Source of the DNA: a virus
Taxonomy: Duplodnaviria; Caudoviricetes
Length of the DNA stretch: 24,039 bases
Virus record (IMG/VR): IMGVR_UViG_3300037515_000193
Span: 1-24,039 of that record
Reading direction: 5' to 3' (one strand)
Shown here in pieces: positions 1-7,475 of this stretch. The position numbers and the translations under genes were made by a program. The notes beneath the pieces are model-generated. The model did no database searches and was not told the DNA's origin. It worked only from the letters and a program-made list of their open reading frames with translations. Each line of letters begins with the position of its first letter. Position 1 is the first letter of the stretch.

Positions 1-138
1 CCTCCGGGCGATCCGCGCCTGCGAGTACCCCGACGACCCTAGCCACGCAATCAACTCCGCGAAACCCTCATCGTGTTCGTAGCACTTCACCTTCGAGCAC
101 TCCGGGCAAATCGCCGCCGCTACCGTCCTTACAGCCAT
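1..138 (-). CDS. Partial small protein with CxxC and a probable HTH (runs off the window edge)
   Basis: Manual translation from ATG at 138: MAVRTVAAAICPECSKVKCYEHDEGFAELIAWLGSSGYSQARIARR. The start overlaps the previous gene's end, and 'YSQARIARR' is HTH-like. Confidence 0.55.
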   Translation of the reverse strand, partial: MAVRTVAAAICPECSKVKCYEHDEGFAELIAWLGSSGYSQARIARR

Positions 139-338
139 GCCGGCTCTCCCCTTGCAAGGCGATCCTTTATCCGGGCGTTCCCGATCTTCACTTGCCGCTC
201 GTGGTCGCGCCGGGATAGACCATCCTCAGCTTCAAAGTCGTACACCAGGTCACGTTCTGCCCGCTCCGCACGGCAGTCCCCGCAGTAGCACCACAGCAAC
301 AAGTGACCGCGATCGGAGAGTAGGGTTAGTCCCTTCAC
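129..338 (-). CDS. Hypothetical phage protein (CYCGDC motif)
   Basis: ORF 129..353; likely GTG start at 338 overlapping the upstream TAG (TAGTG). Confidence 0.55.
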   Translation of the reverse strand: MKGLTLLSDRGHLLLWCYCGDCRAERAERDLVYDFEAEDGLSRRDHERQVKIGNARIKDRLARGEPAWL

Positions 339-658
339 TAGACGCCACCACATCCGGCGCGCAATTCCTTAACGAGCTTGTAGACCTTCGCCGGAACGCC
401 ACTTCCCTTCTTTCGGGGGTCAGCCTTCGCCCAGTCCCACACGTCCTTGACGCCCTCTCGGAAGACGATCGCGTTGTCACGGCTCTGGAAGTGCCCAAGT
501 GCGTAGCCACTGGGAACGTGGGTCGCCGAATACAGCCCGTCCGATTCCGGCACCTTGTGAACGGCCAGGAGTCCGTCAACGTCGGCGATAACTCGGCGCT
601 CTTCCCATTGCACGCCCATATCGGGGTTTCCCCACGCGATCGAAATCCACTTCCTCAT
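338..658 (-). CDS. Hypothetical phage protein
   Basis: 106 aa ORF with AAGGAG upstream of the ATG, packed in the operon. Confidence 0.7.
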   Translation of the reverse strand: MRKWISIAWGNPDMGVQWEERRVIADVDGLLAVHKVPESDGLYSATHVPSGYALGHFQSRDNAIVFREGVKDVWDWAKADPRKKGSGVPAKVYKLVKELRAGCGGV

Positions 659-677
659 TCCGACAACTCCTTCTCGA

Positions 678-1085
678 TCACCACTCGTCTCCCTCCAATT
701 CGTCCGGGTCCACGGAAACGATGTTTACGACCGTGCCCACCGTCCCGCCCCGAAGTTTGAGCGCTTGGATCTGAACCACTTGCCGGTCGTTGTCGAAGAT
801 CATTCCCTGAGCTGCGTCCAGTACCGACTTCACAAGGTTGTCCAGATCAGCGGAGCCGTGAGCGCCCTGGAATGTCACCTCGAGCGACAGCGGCCCAGTC
901 AGTAGCCGGCCGCCGTTCTGCCGCACGCACGCGTCCCTCAGCAACCGTTGGGCAGCGTCGCGCCACACGGTGTAGCCCTCCGGGTAGTAAGTTCCCTTGA
1001 CGCCGACTCGTGGGCGCGGACAAGGTACGGGGCGACCGGGGATCGACACATAAATAAGCGCCTTCTCTGCGGGGGTGAGAGTCAT
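678..1085 (-). CDS. rusA: RusA-family Holliday junction resolvase
   Basis: IPGRPVPCPRPRV N-terminal motif and DLDNLVKSVLDA...IFDNDRQV catalytic motif; ATG at 1085 overlaps the upstream TGA. Confidence 0.9.
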   Translation of the reverse strand: MTLTPAEKALIYVSIPGRPVPCPRPRVGVKGTYYPEGYTVWRDAAQRLLRDACVRQNGGRLLTGPLSLEVTFQGAHGSADLDNLVKSVLDAAQGMIFDNDRQVVQIQALKLRGGTVGTVVNIVSVDPDELEGDEW

Positions 1086-1423
1086 AGCCAAATCTTCGGG
1101 TGGGGATCGTCCTTCGTCCCCTTCGGGCACCACCACGCCTGCCAGGGGGAGCCATCCTTCTTTGATACCCCGTCCTTGAACTCCATGACGGTTTTACACT
1201 TTGCGCACACCGGAGCCTTCGGCTTGGCAAGGGCCTGCCCCGCCTCAAACGGCACATCGCTCTCTGGCGGCTCTGTGGGTGGCTCGTGGCCTGCGGCGAG
1301 CCAACCGTAAAACCTCGCCGCGTACCCGATAATCGCTTCCGGGTCTGCGGACGTGGCGATGCCGTATTCCATCGCACATTTCAGTGCAACTTGCCGCTCG
1401 ATACTACTCCTCTGATCGTCCAC
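1082..1423 (-). CDS. Hypothetical protein with C-terminal zinc ribbon, possibly recombination or ssDNA related
   Basis: IERQVALKCA helix, Pro-rich linker and CAKC...GVSKKDGSPWQAWWCP tail, a type seen on phage recombination proteins. Function is inferred. Confidence 0.6.
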   Translation of the reverse strand: MDDQRSSIERQVALKCAMEYGIATSADPEAIIGYAARFYGWLAAGHEPPTEPPESDVPFEAGQALAKPKAPVCAKCKTVMEFKDGVSKKDGSPWQAWWCPKGTKDDPHPKIWL

Positions 1424-1814
1424 GCTTTATCTCCTCGATTTCCACCTTGCGGACTGTCCCCGTCAGTACCTTCGCGTTGGCCCCGGCGAGCTGTCGGTCC
1501 GTTATCAGCCCCTTCTTCACCCACTCCTGAACCACCTTCTTGTCAACGACCGTCTTCAAACACTCGCCGAAGTCCCGCTCGAACATCACCCCGGACTCGA
1601 CTAGGGAGTGGAGCGCCGTCGGGTCGTACTCGTACCGGGCCTCTTCCTTCACGTAGGCCCGGAGCCCTGACTCCTCGTCCACCAGCGGCCCCTGATCTTC
1701 GATGATGTCCAGCAGCAGCTTTCGGATCTGATCGCCCTCCCGCTTGGCGTCGTTGGCGATATCGCGCACTTCACGGAGCCTTCGGATCAGGGCGCCGGTG
1801 TCAACGGCTGTCAT
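1404..1814 (-). CDS. Hypothetical coiled-coil phage protein (Gam/Gp157-like architecture, uncertain)
   Basis: ATG at 1814 (MTAVDTG); helical N-terminus and a VVDKKVV motif. Confidence 0.55.
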   Translation of the reverse strand: MTAVDTGALIRRLREVRDIANDAKREGDQIRKLLLDIIEDQGPLVDEESGLRAYVKEEARYEYDPTALHSLVESGVMFERDFGECLKTVVDKKVVQEWVKKGLITDRQLAGANAKVLTGTVRKVEIEEIKRGRSEE

Positions 1815-1902
1815 CGTCGTCCTCTTCGATGTCGCGCCAGCACGCTTCGCACATGGTTTCGTCGTCGGCAACCTGCTCACCGCACCTCTGACAGTGATTC
1901 AC
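1801..1902 (-). CDS. 33 aa zinc-finger microprotein
   Basis: Manual: MNHCQRCGEQVADDETMCEACWRDIEEDDDDSR; GTG start overlaps the upstream TGA and the ORF fills the gap. Confidence 0.6.
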   Translation of the reverse strand: MNHCQRCGEQVADDETMCEACWRDIEEDDDDSR

Positions 1903-2138
1903 AGCACACCCACCCGCATCAGCCATGCCGCCCGCTGTATCGTGAGCCGGACCGGTCGCATCGCCATCGCCTCCGCATCGCTCCGGGGCTCAGAGTCGCC
2001 CGCCACGCGCGCGGCTAGATCGGTCAGAGCATTCTCGTCCAGGCCGTTGAACGGGTTGAGGGCAAGCTCCAGGCACCGTTCACAGCCGTCGGCGAGTCCG
2101 AAGTTGTGGATGTCCGGGTGTCGGGAGTGGGTTGTCAC
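1899..2138 (-). CDS. Hypothetical phage protein (CERC)
   Basis: GTG start at 2138 in a GTGA overlap; 79 aa. Confidence 0.65.
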   Translation of the reverse strand: MTTHSRHPDIHNFGLADGCERCLELALNPFNGLDENALTDLAARVAGDSEPRSDAEAMAMRPVRLTIQRAAWLMRVGVL

Positions 2139-2476
2139 TTCGGTTCTCCCTTCACGCGCTCGATGATGTCGCGGGCAGATTCGCGGCGCTGCGATAGCTT
2201 CTTGTGGGCGAGTTGGCCAGAGAAGGCGCATCCATCAAAGGCTCCGTCAGCGTTTCCCTTTGCGATGTACTTGAGCGCTGTCTCAAGCGCTTGCGTGGTC
2301 GCCTCCAGCGCTTCCAGCATGGCCGGAGACTCGGCGATAAGGCGGGCATTGGCCTCGTCGGGCACGTATGCCACATCCGCCCCGTATCCGTCTCGGGCTG
2401 AGATCAGAATGGCCCCTGCCGGAGTCAGCATCGTGCCGTTTGCCTTCCACGGCCCCGGCGTGTGTTGGTTGGTCAC
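2135..2476 (-). CDS. Common phage hypothetical protein (HTPGPW...ANARLIAxxP family)
   Basis: HTPGPW and EANARLIAESPAMLEAL motifs; GTGA overlap start. Confidence 0.8.
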   Translation of the reverse strand: MTNQHTPGPWKANGTMLTPAGAILISARDGYGADVAYVPDEANARLIAESPAMLEALEATTQALETALKYIAKGNADGAFDGCAFSGQLAHKKLSQRRESARDIIERVKGEPK

Positions 2477-2685
2477 TTCCACTCCCTCCCGCACTCGCAC
2501 CCGTGAACGCATTTCCATTCCCTTCCGCATTCACACCGATGAACGCCGTCGTGAGCGTTGTCACGGATGCAGATGTGGACGCATTTAAACGGTCGCTCAA
2601 GGGCGCTTCTGCACTTCTGGTCAAGCGTCTCAGCGGGCGGCGATCTGCGGCTTTTGGTATGCTCTACTTGGATTGCAGAGGTCAT
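2473..2685 (-). CDS. Cys/His-rich small protein with duplicated VHxCECGREWK
   Basis: AAGGAG RBS, ATG at 2685, 70 aa; 36 nt-period repeat whose differences are mostly synonymous. Confidence 0.7.
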   Translation of the reverse strand: MTSAIQVEHTKSRRSPPAETLDQKCRSALERPFKCVHICIRDNAHDGVHRCECGREWKCVHGCECGREWK

Positions 2686-2699
2686 TTCTCTGTCTCCTT

Positions 2700-2970
2700 C
2701 TGCGGCTGGTTTCTCAGCCGCTTTTTCTTGCTTTCCGCGCCGAGGCCCGAAAGTCCTCTCCCCAGCAGCCAGCACCCTTGATATTGGCTGTCGGCGTCTC
2801 AGGCCCCGGCGTAGACGGTGGACCAGGCCAGTTGCGTAGGAGTTCGTAGCACGTCCGATTCGTCCACCTGAGAACCTTCCATGCTCGGGCGGCGCTCAGA
2901 GCGACACCGGACGGCTCGGAGCCCGGTGTCACCCCTTGGGGGGTGCGGCAGTCAGATGCCGCTCTGAACG
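2700..2970 (-). ncRNA. Candidate structured RNA in the early operon
   Basis: Nested complementary segments: 2893-2902/2961-2970, 2903-2910/2923-2930, 2798-2803/2867-2872, 2817-2823/2862-2868, and a hairpin at 2702-2721. The overlapping ORF is unconvincing as a protein. Confidence 0.4.
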
Positions 2971-2975
2971 TCGTC

Positions 2976-3113
2976 TCAGCCATGCCGACACCTCGGACAT
3001 AGGCACTGGTTCTTAGGTTTGTGGGGATCGTGGCCGCACCGACGGCACATCGTCTGCGAGATCGGGTTCGCCATCCCGCACCAGGCGCACGTAGCATCGA
3101 GGGCCAGCGTCAT
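2976..3113 (-). CDS. 45 aa Cys-rich zinc-ribbon microprotein
   Basis: Manual: MTLALDATCAWCGMANPISQTMCRRCGHDPHKPKNQCLCPRCRHG; ATGA overlap. Confidence 0.65.
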   Translation of the reverse strand: MTLALDATCAWCGMANPISQTMCRRCGHDPHKPKNQCLCPRCRHG

Positions 3114-3421
3114 GCCGCGCCCCGCCTTCGTCGCATATACCAACGCGAGTACGCATTTATAACCTCTCGGTTCCTCAGCCTGTACTCACGCATGTACGCA
3201 GCAACCCTCTCTCTGTGCAGTTGTCTGCGCTTGCGTTGGCGTGAGCGGTCACAAATACGGCAGTTGACCGTACCCGTTTCATTGGGCTCGCGGACATGAC
3301 CGAACCTTTGCCGGTGTCGGTTGGGGGGTACTGGTTCGCCATCCCAACAGCGCACGCATAGGCCAGCGTTCTCGACCGCAACGCCGCAACGAGGACAGGG
3401 CGGAGGATCAGGCAGGCTCAT
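3110..3421 (-). CDS. Basic zinc-finger protein
   Basis: ATG at 3421 (ATGA overlap); CPRC, CVRC and CRIC followed by an Arg-rich helix (AYMREYRLRNRE). Confidence 0.65.
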   Translation of the reverse strand: MSLPDPPPCPRCGVAVENAGLCVRCWDGEPVPPNRHRQRFGHVREPNETGTVNCRICDRSRQRKRRQLHRERVAAYMREYRLRNREVINAYSRWYMRRRRGAA

Positions 3422-3654
3422 ATCGCCCCCTTGAGGACGTACTCGATCTGGTACGTCTCGTGATCGTGGATCTGACAGCGGCGCGTTTCGATGACGAACC
3501 CAGACCGCCGTAGCTCGAAAATGCGAGCCCCCGCGCGAGGCATGTAGGCCCGGAGGAAGTCCGTACTGCACACCGGCCCCTGTTGGAGCATCCGCAACAC
3601 GCGCTCGACCTGGGTTAGCTTGGCGCTCAGGGGAAGGGTGAGTTGTTCAGTCAC
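3418..3654 (-). CDS. Winged helix-turn-helix DNA-binding protein (HTH_39-like)
   Basis: TQVERVLRMLQQGPV...PRAGARIFELRRSGFVIET pattern; GGAGG RBS before the GTG. Confidence 0.75.
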   Translation of the reverse strand: MTEQLTLPLSAKLTQVERVLRMLQQGPVCSTDFLRAYMPRAGARIFELRRSGFVIETRRCQIHDHETYQIEYVLKGAI

Positions 3655-3797
3655 ACCCACCTCCACCCGAACACGATCACGACACCCAGGACGATGACGC
3701 CGGCGCAGGCGAACGCGATCAAATAGGGGAATGGGCTAGCGTAGTGCTCTGGCTCCTCGAAAGCGTGGATGAACCGCGAGTCTCGTCTTACCGGCAT
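3651..3797 (-). CDS. 48 aa single-pass membrane protein
   Basis: Manual: MPVRRDSRFIHAFEEPEHYASPFPYLIAFACAGVIVLGVVIVFGWRWV; its stop overlaps the next start. Confidence 0.6.
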   Translation of the reverse strand: MPVRRDSRFIHAFEEPEHYASPFPYLIAFACAGVIVLGVVIVFGWRWV

Positions 3798-3877
3798 AGG
3801 TCACACCCCTTCTTGCAACGGCCTTTGTTCAGTAACTTCACGAAGTCATGGAGTTGGGTAACGGAGTAGTCATTCAC
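3788..3877 (-). CDS. Possible 29 aa microprotein
   Basis: Manual: MNDYSVTQLHDFVKLLNKGRCKKGCDLCR; GTGA overlap with the upstream stop; bridges the gap. Confidence 0.4.
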   Translation of the reverse strand: MNDYSVTQLHDFVKLLNKGRCKKGCDLCR

Positions 3878-4350
3878 GCCGACTTCCCCTTGTCGTTGCG
3901 ATGGTGATGCGGGTGCTCGACCGAATGGCACGGCGGGCAAAGCCAGCGGACATCAAGGGGGTGATCGTAGTTATCGTGGTGTCCCTCAATGCGGGCTCCC
4001 TGGCAACTGCATTTCTCACAAGCGTCAGGCTTTTCGATGTCGCCCGCGCGGACGGCGTTCCCCAGTGCTATCCGCGCAGCGTGCTTGTCTGGATTCGCAA
4101 GCTGATGAACCCGCTGGCGACTAATCCGCATGGACCGCGCGACAGAGGACAGCCCCTCACCGGCCGATAGCCGAGAGCGAATCTCCTTGACGCGCTTCCG
4201 GGAGAGGGGGCCAAACATGCAGCGCTGGCAGCGACCAGTTCGCCCGAAGCACAGCGCCCCACAGTCGCTACAAACACCCAAGCGCTCAAGCACTTTGAGG
4301 GCGGGTGCTTCACGTTGCTCCTTACGTACGCGTACTGTGCTAGGCGTCAC
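3874..4350 (-). CDS. HNH-like endonuclease with zinc ribbon and HTH
   Basis: CSDC/CQRC, an HTH (LSSVARSMRISRQRVHQL), and CEKC...EGHHDNYDHPLDVRWLCPPCH. Likely GTG start at 4350 overlaps the upstream TGA. Confidence 0.75.
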   Translation of the reverse strand: MTPSTVRVRKEQREAPALKVLERLGVCSDCGALCFGRTGRCQRCMFGPLSRKRVKEIRSRLSAGEGLSSVARSMRISRQRVHQLANPDKHAARIALGNAVRAGDIEKPDACEKCSCQGARIEGHHDNYDHPLDVRWLCPPCHSVEHPHHHRNDKGKSA

Positions 4351-4520
4351 CGAGTTCCTTCTCTCTTGTCGCCGCTCTTTCGTGGCCTGTTCCAGTACGG
4401 TGAATTGCACTTTGGGCAGACTCGGATTTCCGCGAGGCTCTCATAGTTTCTTCGCGGAACCCACGTATGGCCGCACCGTCGACACTTCAACTCTGGAACC
4501 TTGACGCCTGTTATTTGCAT
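4347..4520 (-). CDS. 57 aa zinc-ribbon protein, first gene of the early operon (missing from the ORF track)
   Basis: Manual: MQITGVKVPELKCRRCGHTWVPRRNYESLAEIRVCPKCNSPYWNRPRKSGDKREGTR. Confidence 0.8.
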   Translation of the reverse strand: MQITGVKVPELKCRRCGHTWVPRRNYESLAEIRVCPKCNSPYWNRPRKSGDKREGTR

Positions 4521-4530
4521 ATGTTATAAC
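4501..4530 (+). promoter_or_regulatory. Sigma70-type promoter for the recombinase operon
   Basis: TTGACG (4501-4506), 18 nt spacer, TGt-TATAAC extended -10 (4522-4530). Confidence 0.65.
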
Positions 4531-4560
4531 CTATCGGTATCCCTAGTCATTGCGCCTTGT

Positions 4561-4590
4561 AGTTTACGCAGCCCCGCGACTAAGAGTCAA
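4561..4590 (-). promoter_or_regulatory. Sigma70-type early promoter
   Basis: Minus-strand TTGACT (4590-4585), 18 nt spacer, TAAACT (4566-4561). Confidence 0.6.
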
Positions 4591-4591
4591 T

Positions 4592-5437
4592 ATGGTTATG
4601 GTTAACTTGAGCGGGGAAAATCAGAATTCGTTGTGGATAGCCGCTGGTCGCGAGTATCTCCGCTATCTTCGCTCGAAGAACCGTTCCCCCGACACCCTCG
4701 AATCCTACGCCGGAGCCATCAAACGAGCCTCCCACTTGCACTTAACCCGTGACGCTATCGAGGGATATTTCGACTCCCTATGGCAGACATCGAAGCCCGC
4801 GACGGTCCTTCACCACCACAAGAACCTCCGGGCGTTTCTCAACTGGTGCGTGCGCGCCGGATACCTGGCGGCTAACCCCATGAACGGCATCCCGGAACCC
4901 CGCGTCAGGCCGAACATCGTCGAGCCCTACACCCCGGAGCAGGCCCGCGCTCTGTACGCTGCGGCCGCGTCCTTGCGGGACCGCGTCCTCGTGGCGGTCC
5001 TGCTGAACACGGGTATTCGGATCGGCGAAATGCGTTCACTCAAACCCGCCGATGTCCACTCCGGGCGACTGCTGATCCACGGGAAGGGTTCGCGTCAACG
5101 CTGGGTTGGCATTGAGCCACGTACGGAGACACTCCTCAAGTCGCACATATCCATGAGCCCAGCGGAGACTGTGTTCGGCGTCGAACGGCGAACCCTGTAC
5201 TGGGCGATCCGGCGCATGGGAGATCGTGCCGGCGTCCCGAAGGCGCACCCCCACAGATTCCGTGACACGTTCGCCGTCAGGTTCCTTGAGAACGGAGGGA
5301 ATATCGATGATCTACAGGTGATCTTGGGCCACTCAAACATCAGCATGACGCTCCGCTACATCCAGTGGGGACGGGCAGAGCGAGCGATCCAGGGGCAAAT
5401 GCAATATGCGCCCAGCGTGTATAATCGCGCCCAATGA
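4592..5437 (+). CDS. Tyrosine recombinase/integrase (XerC/D-like)
   Basis: SAM-like N-domain and a full catalytic set: TGIRIGE (R), HGKG (K), HRFR (HxxR), LGH, TLRY (Y). Start uncertain (4550, 4592 or 4598). Confidence 0.93.
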   Translation: MVMVNLSGENQNSLWIAAGREYLRYLRSKNRSPDTLESYAGAIKRASHLHLTRDAIEGYFDSLWQTSKPATVLHHHKNLRAFLNWCVRAGYLAANPMNGIPEPRVRPNIVEPYTPEQARALYAAAASLRDRVLVAVLLNTGIRIGEMRSLKPADVHSGRLLIHGKGSRQRWVGIEPRTETLLKSHISMSPAETVFGVERRTLYWAIRRMGDRAGVPKAHPHRFRDTFAVRFLENGGNIDDLQVILGHSNISMTLRYIQWGRAERAIQGQMQYAPSVYNRAQ

Positions 5438-5451
5438 AAGGACGGTACGAA

Positions 5452-6267
5452 ATGAGTACTCTAATGAAGATCGGCGAGTGGTTGGTGCTACTCCCGATAT
5501 GGCGAGTGATTTTTCAGGAACGTAGGTGGCAAAAGTGGGCAGCGATCGGAACCGGCGCAGCGTGGATTCTCATAATTGTGATTGCTTCCGCTGTGTCAGG
5601 TGGCAGCGAAGACTCACAGAGCGATGCCGTTGCCAACGTCACCGCGTCACCGACTGAGAATGCAACTGGCGAGCCGACCGACTTACCAGAGCCCTCAGCG
5701 GCACCCACAGAAGCCCCTACCGCCGAGCCGACAGCGGAGCCAACCCCTGAGCCCACGCCCGTTCAAATCCAGGGGTCAGGGCCAACGGCTACTGATCCGA
5801 TCACCCCGCCCGCTCCTGTCTCAATCGTCACGATGACGCACAGCGGCGAGTCCAACTTTATCGTTCACGTATTCCGCGCCGACTCAGAGGACTTGCTGGT
5901 AAACAAGATCGGAGCATACACCGGAAGCCGGCCGCTCTTTGGAGGAGAGCCGGTAGTCTTCGATGTGGATGCAGACGGCGCGTGGACGATAACGCTAGAG
6001 GCTCCGGCGACGACTACCGATCCGGCGTTCTCCGGAGAGGGAGACTCCGCCAGCGGTCTACTCATTGAGGAGATAGAGGGCGGTTCGTGGGAAATAGCGC
6101 ACACCGGCGAACGCAACTTCATCGTCCGCCTCCACTGCGCCAGCGGGACAGAATTGATTGCCAACGAAATCGGGCCCGTGGCCGGGAGTACAGTTGTAAA
6201 CTTTGGCGAACCCCCTTGCCTCTGGGAAGTAGAGGCGGACGGGAGTTGGAGCCTTGTCCCGCGCTAA
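5452..6267 (+). CDS. Membrane-anchored exported protein with Pro/Thr linker and two repeated beta domains (moron or superinfection-exclusion candidate)
   Basis: N-terminal hydrophobic segments, a PTAEPT linker and two copies of H(S/T)GExNFIV...LxxNxIG...VxADGxW. AAGGA upstream of ATG 5452. Confidence 0.75.
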   Translation: MSTLMKIGEWLVLLPIWRVIFQERRWQKWAAIGTGAAWILIIVIASAVSGGSEDSQSDAVANVTASPTENATGEPTDLPEPSAAPTEAPTAEPTAEPTPEPTPVQIQGSGPTATDPITPPAPVSIVTMTHSGESNFIVHVFRADSEDLLVNKIGAYTGSRPLFGGEPVVFDVDADGAWTITLEAPATTTDPAFSGEGDSASGLLIEEIEGGSWEIAHTGERNFIVRLHCASGTELIANEIGPVAGSTVVNFGEPPCLWEVEADGSWSLVPR

Positions 6268-6488
6268 GGAGCGTCGGCTGGCCCTGTAACAGCACGCCAC
6301 CACGTAGCAAGGAACGGCGTCACCAGTCCGGCGAAGGCGCACCAGGCGAGGACCCACAGGGGGATCGGTAGGTTCACTTCGCCGCCAGAGGTATCGACAG
6401 CCACGGGCAGCAGCGCGATCGTCCCCAGAAGCGTTCCCGTCGCCGTGATGATCCGGTGTCCGCGGGCGCTCAGCTTCGTCCAGTTCAT
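6264..6488 (-). CDS. Putative holin (2 TM)
   Basis: 74 aa with two hydrophobic helices, downstream of the endolysin; GGAG RBS. Confidence 0.65.
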   Translation of the reverse strand: MNWTKLSARGHRIITATGTLLGTIALLPVAVDTSGGEVNLPIPLWVLAWCAFAGLVTPFLATWWRAVTGPADAP

Positions 6489-6492
6489 GCTC

Positions 6493-6681
6493 CTACTCCT
6501 TGTTGTCGGTGTCCCAGAGTCCGCAGATCAGCGGCCCGAGAGCGATGCCAGCGCTGTGAAAGTGGAAGCCCGGCTCCCAGTGCCAGAACGGGCCGAAGCG
6601 CCAGTGCCACGACAGCCACACGCGCGGTCGCATCGTCCTGATACCCCGAATGAACGTCGGCCAGCCGTACCACACCTTCAT
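6493..6681 (-). CDS. Trp-rich hypothetical protein
   Basis: 62 aa ORF with a TAATG overlap on the endolysin stop. Confidence 0.55.
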   Translation of the reverse strand: MKVWYGWPTFIRGIRTMRPRVWLSWHWRFGPFWHWEPGFHFHSAGIALGPLICGLWDTDNKE

Positions 6682-7475
6682 TACTTCACCTTGATCTCGA
6701 ATGTCTTGGCGAGGATCGCCGCGGCCACGATCGGGGCCGCGAACTCGCCTACCTTCTTCAAGTCGGCGTCGGACAGGGTCACGTTGATCGGCGTTCCCTC
6801 GTTCAGCTTGCCGTTGATCCAGCCCGCCAGCGTCGCGTTCTCATCCGTCGCGAAGTCGCCGTCGAACCAGTGACTCTTGCCCAGCAGGAACTTGATCTCG
6901 CGGAACCTCTCGTCGATGTACCTCTTTGCGTCTGCGTCTAGCGCCATATCTTCCTCCTCAAGCTGTTCTAGAATCACGTCCCACGGAACCCGGTTCGACG
7001 GACAGGACGTGACGTTGCTGATCCAGTTGTGCTCCCATAGGTTGACTGCCAGCTCAGGTGGGTTCGCGCCGGCAAAAGTCAGAGCCCGGAGATCACGCGA
7101 GATCCGAACGGTTGACTCGATTTGTTTCGAAGTCAGCGGTTCGCCAGCCCTCCCCTCGTGCTCGATACCCACCAACGCCGCGTTGCCAATCAGTTCCGTT
7201 TCGGTGTGCAAGTCACCGGGCTTACCACAGTGCCAAGTGACGCTTTCCAGCGGGTAGTGCTGGACGACGTGTCCGTCCTTGCGGACCGCGAACGTCCATG
7301 ACGACTGACGCGTCGGGTGATTGATCTCGTTGAGTAGCGCAGCCCAGCCGCCCTCCGCCGAGTGCTTCACGTCGCCCTCAATGAGGGACAGCGGGCGATT
7401 GGGGATGCCGAAGTAGCCCTGCTTCCACGCCGGACCGGGTATCTTCTCGCACCAACTCAGCCACGTCTCGCTCAA
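6681..7475 (-). CDS. Endolysin, N-acetylmuramoyl-L-alanine amidase (Amidase_2-like)
   Basis: KHSAEG, SWTFAVRKDG, TWHCG, VGIEHEG and WEH...SCP zinc-amidase motifs; TTG start. Confidence 0.88.
   Translation of the reverse strand: MSETWLSWCEKIPGPAWKQGYFGIPNRPLSLIEGDVKHSAEGGWAALLNEINHPTRQSSWTFAVRKDGHVVQHYPLESVTWHCGKPGDLHTETELIGNAALVGIEHEGRAGEPLTSKQIESTVRISRDLRALTFAGANPPELAVNLWEHNWISNVTSCPSNRVPWDVILEQLEEEDMALDADAKRYIDERFREIKFLLGKSHWFDGDFATDENATLAGWINGKLNEGTPINVTLSDADLKKVGEFAAPIVAAAILAKTFEIKVK

Noticed and set aside
2893-2970. tRNA gene
   Set aside because: The length is tRNA-like, but there is no TTCRA T-loop, D-loop GG, 7 nt anticodon loop or CCA.
3874-4350. Third member of the inverted HNH class
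   Set aside because: It is co-oriented with its operon and coupled by ordinary GTGA overlaps.
4505-4610. dif/Xer site
   Set aside because: There is only a partial match to a XerD arm (ATATGTTATAA, TTATGGTTAAC) and no properly spaced second arm.
5660-5760. CRISPR or DNA repeat array
   Set aside because: This is a degenerate repeat encoding a PTAEPT protein linker.
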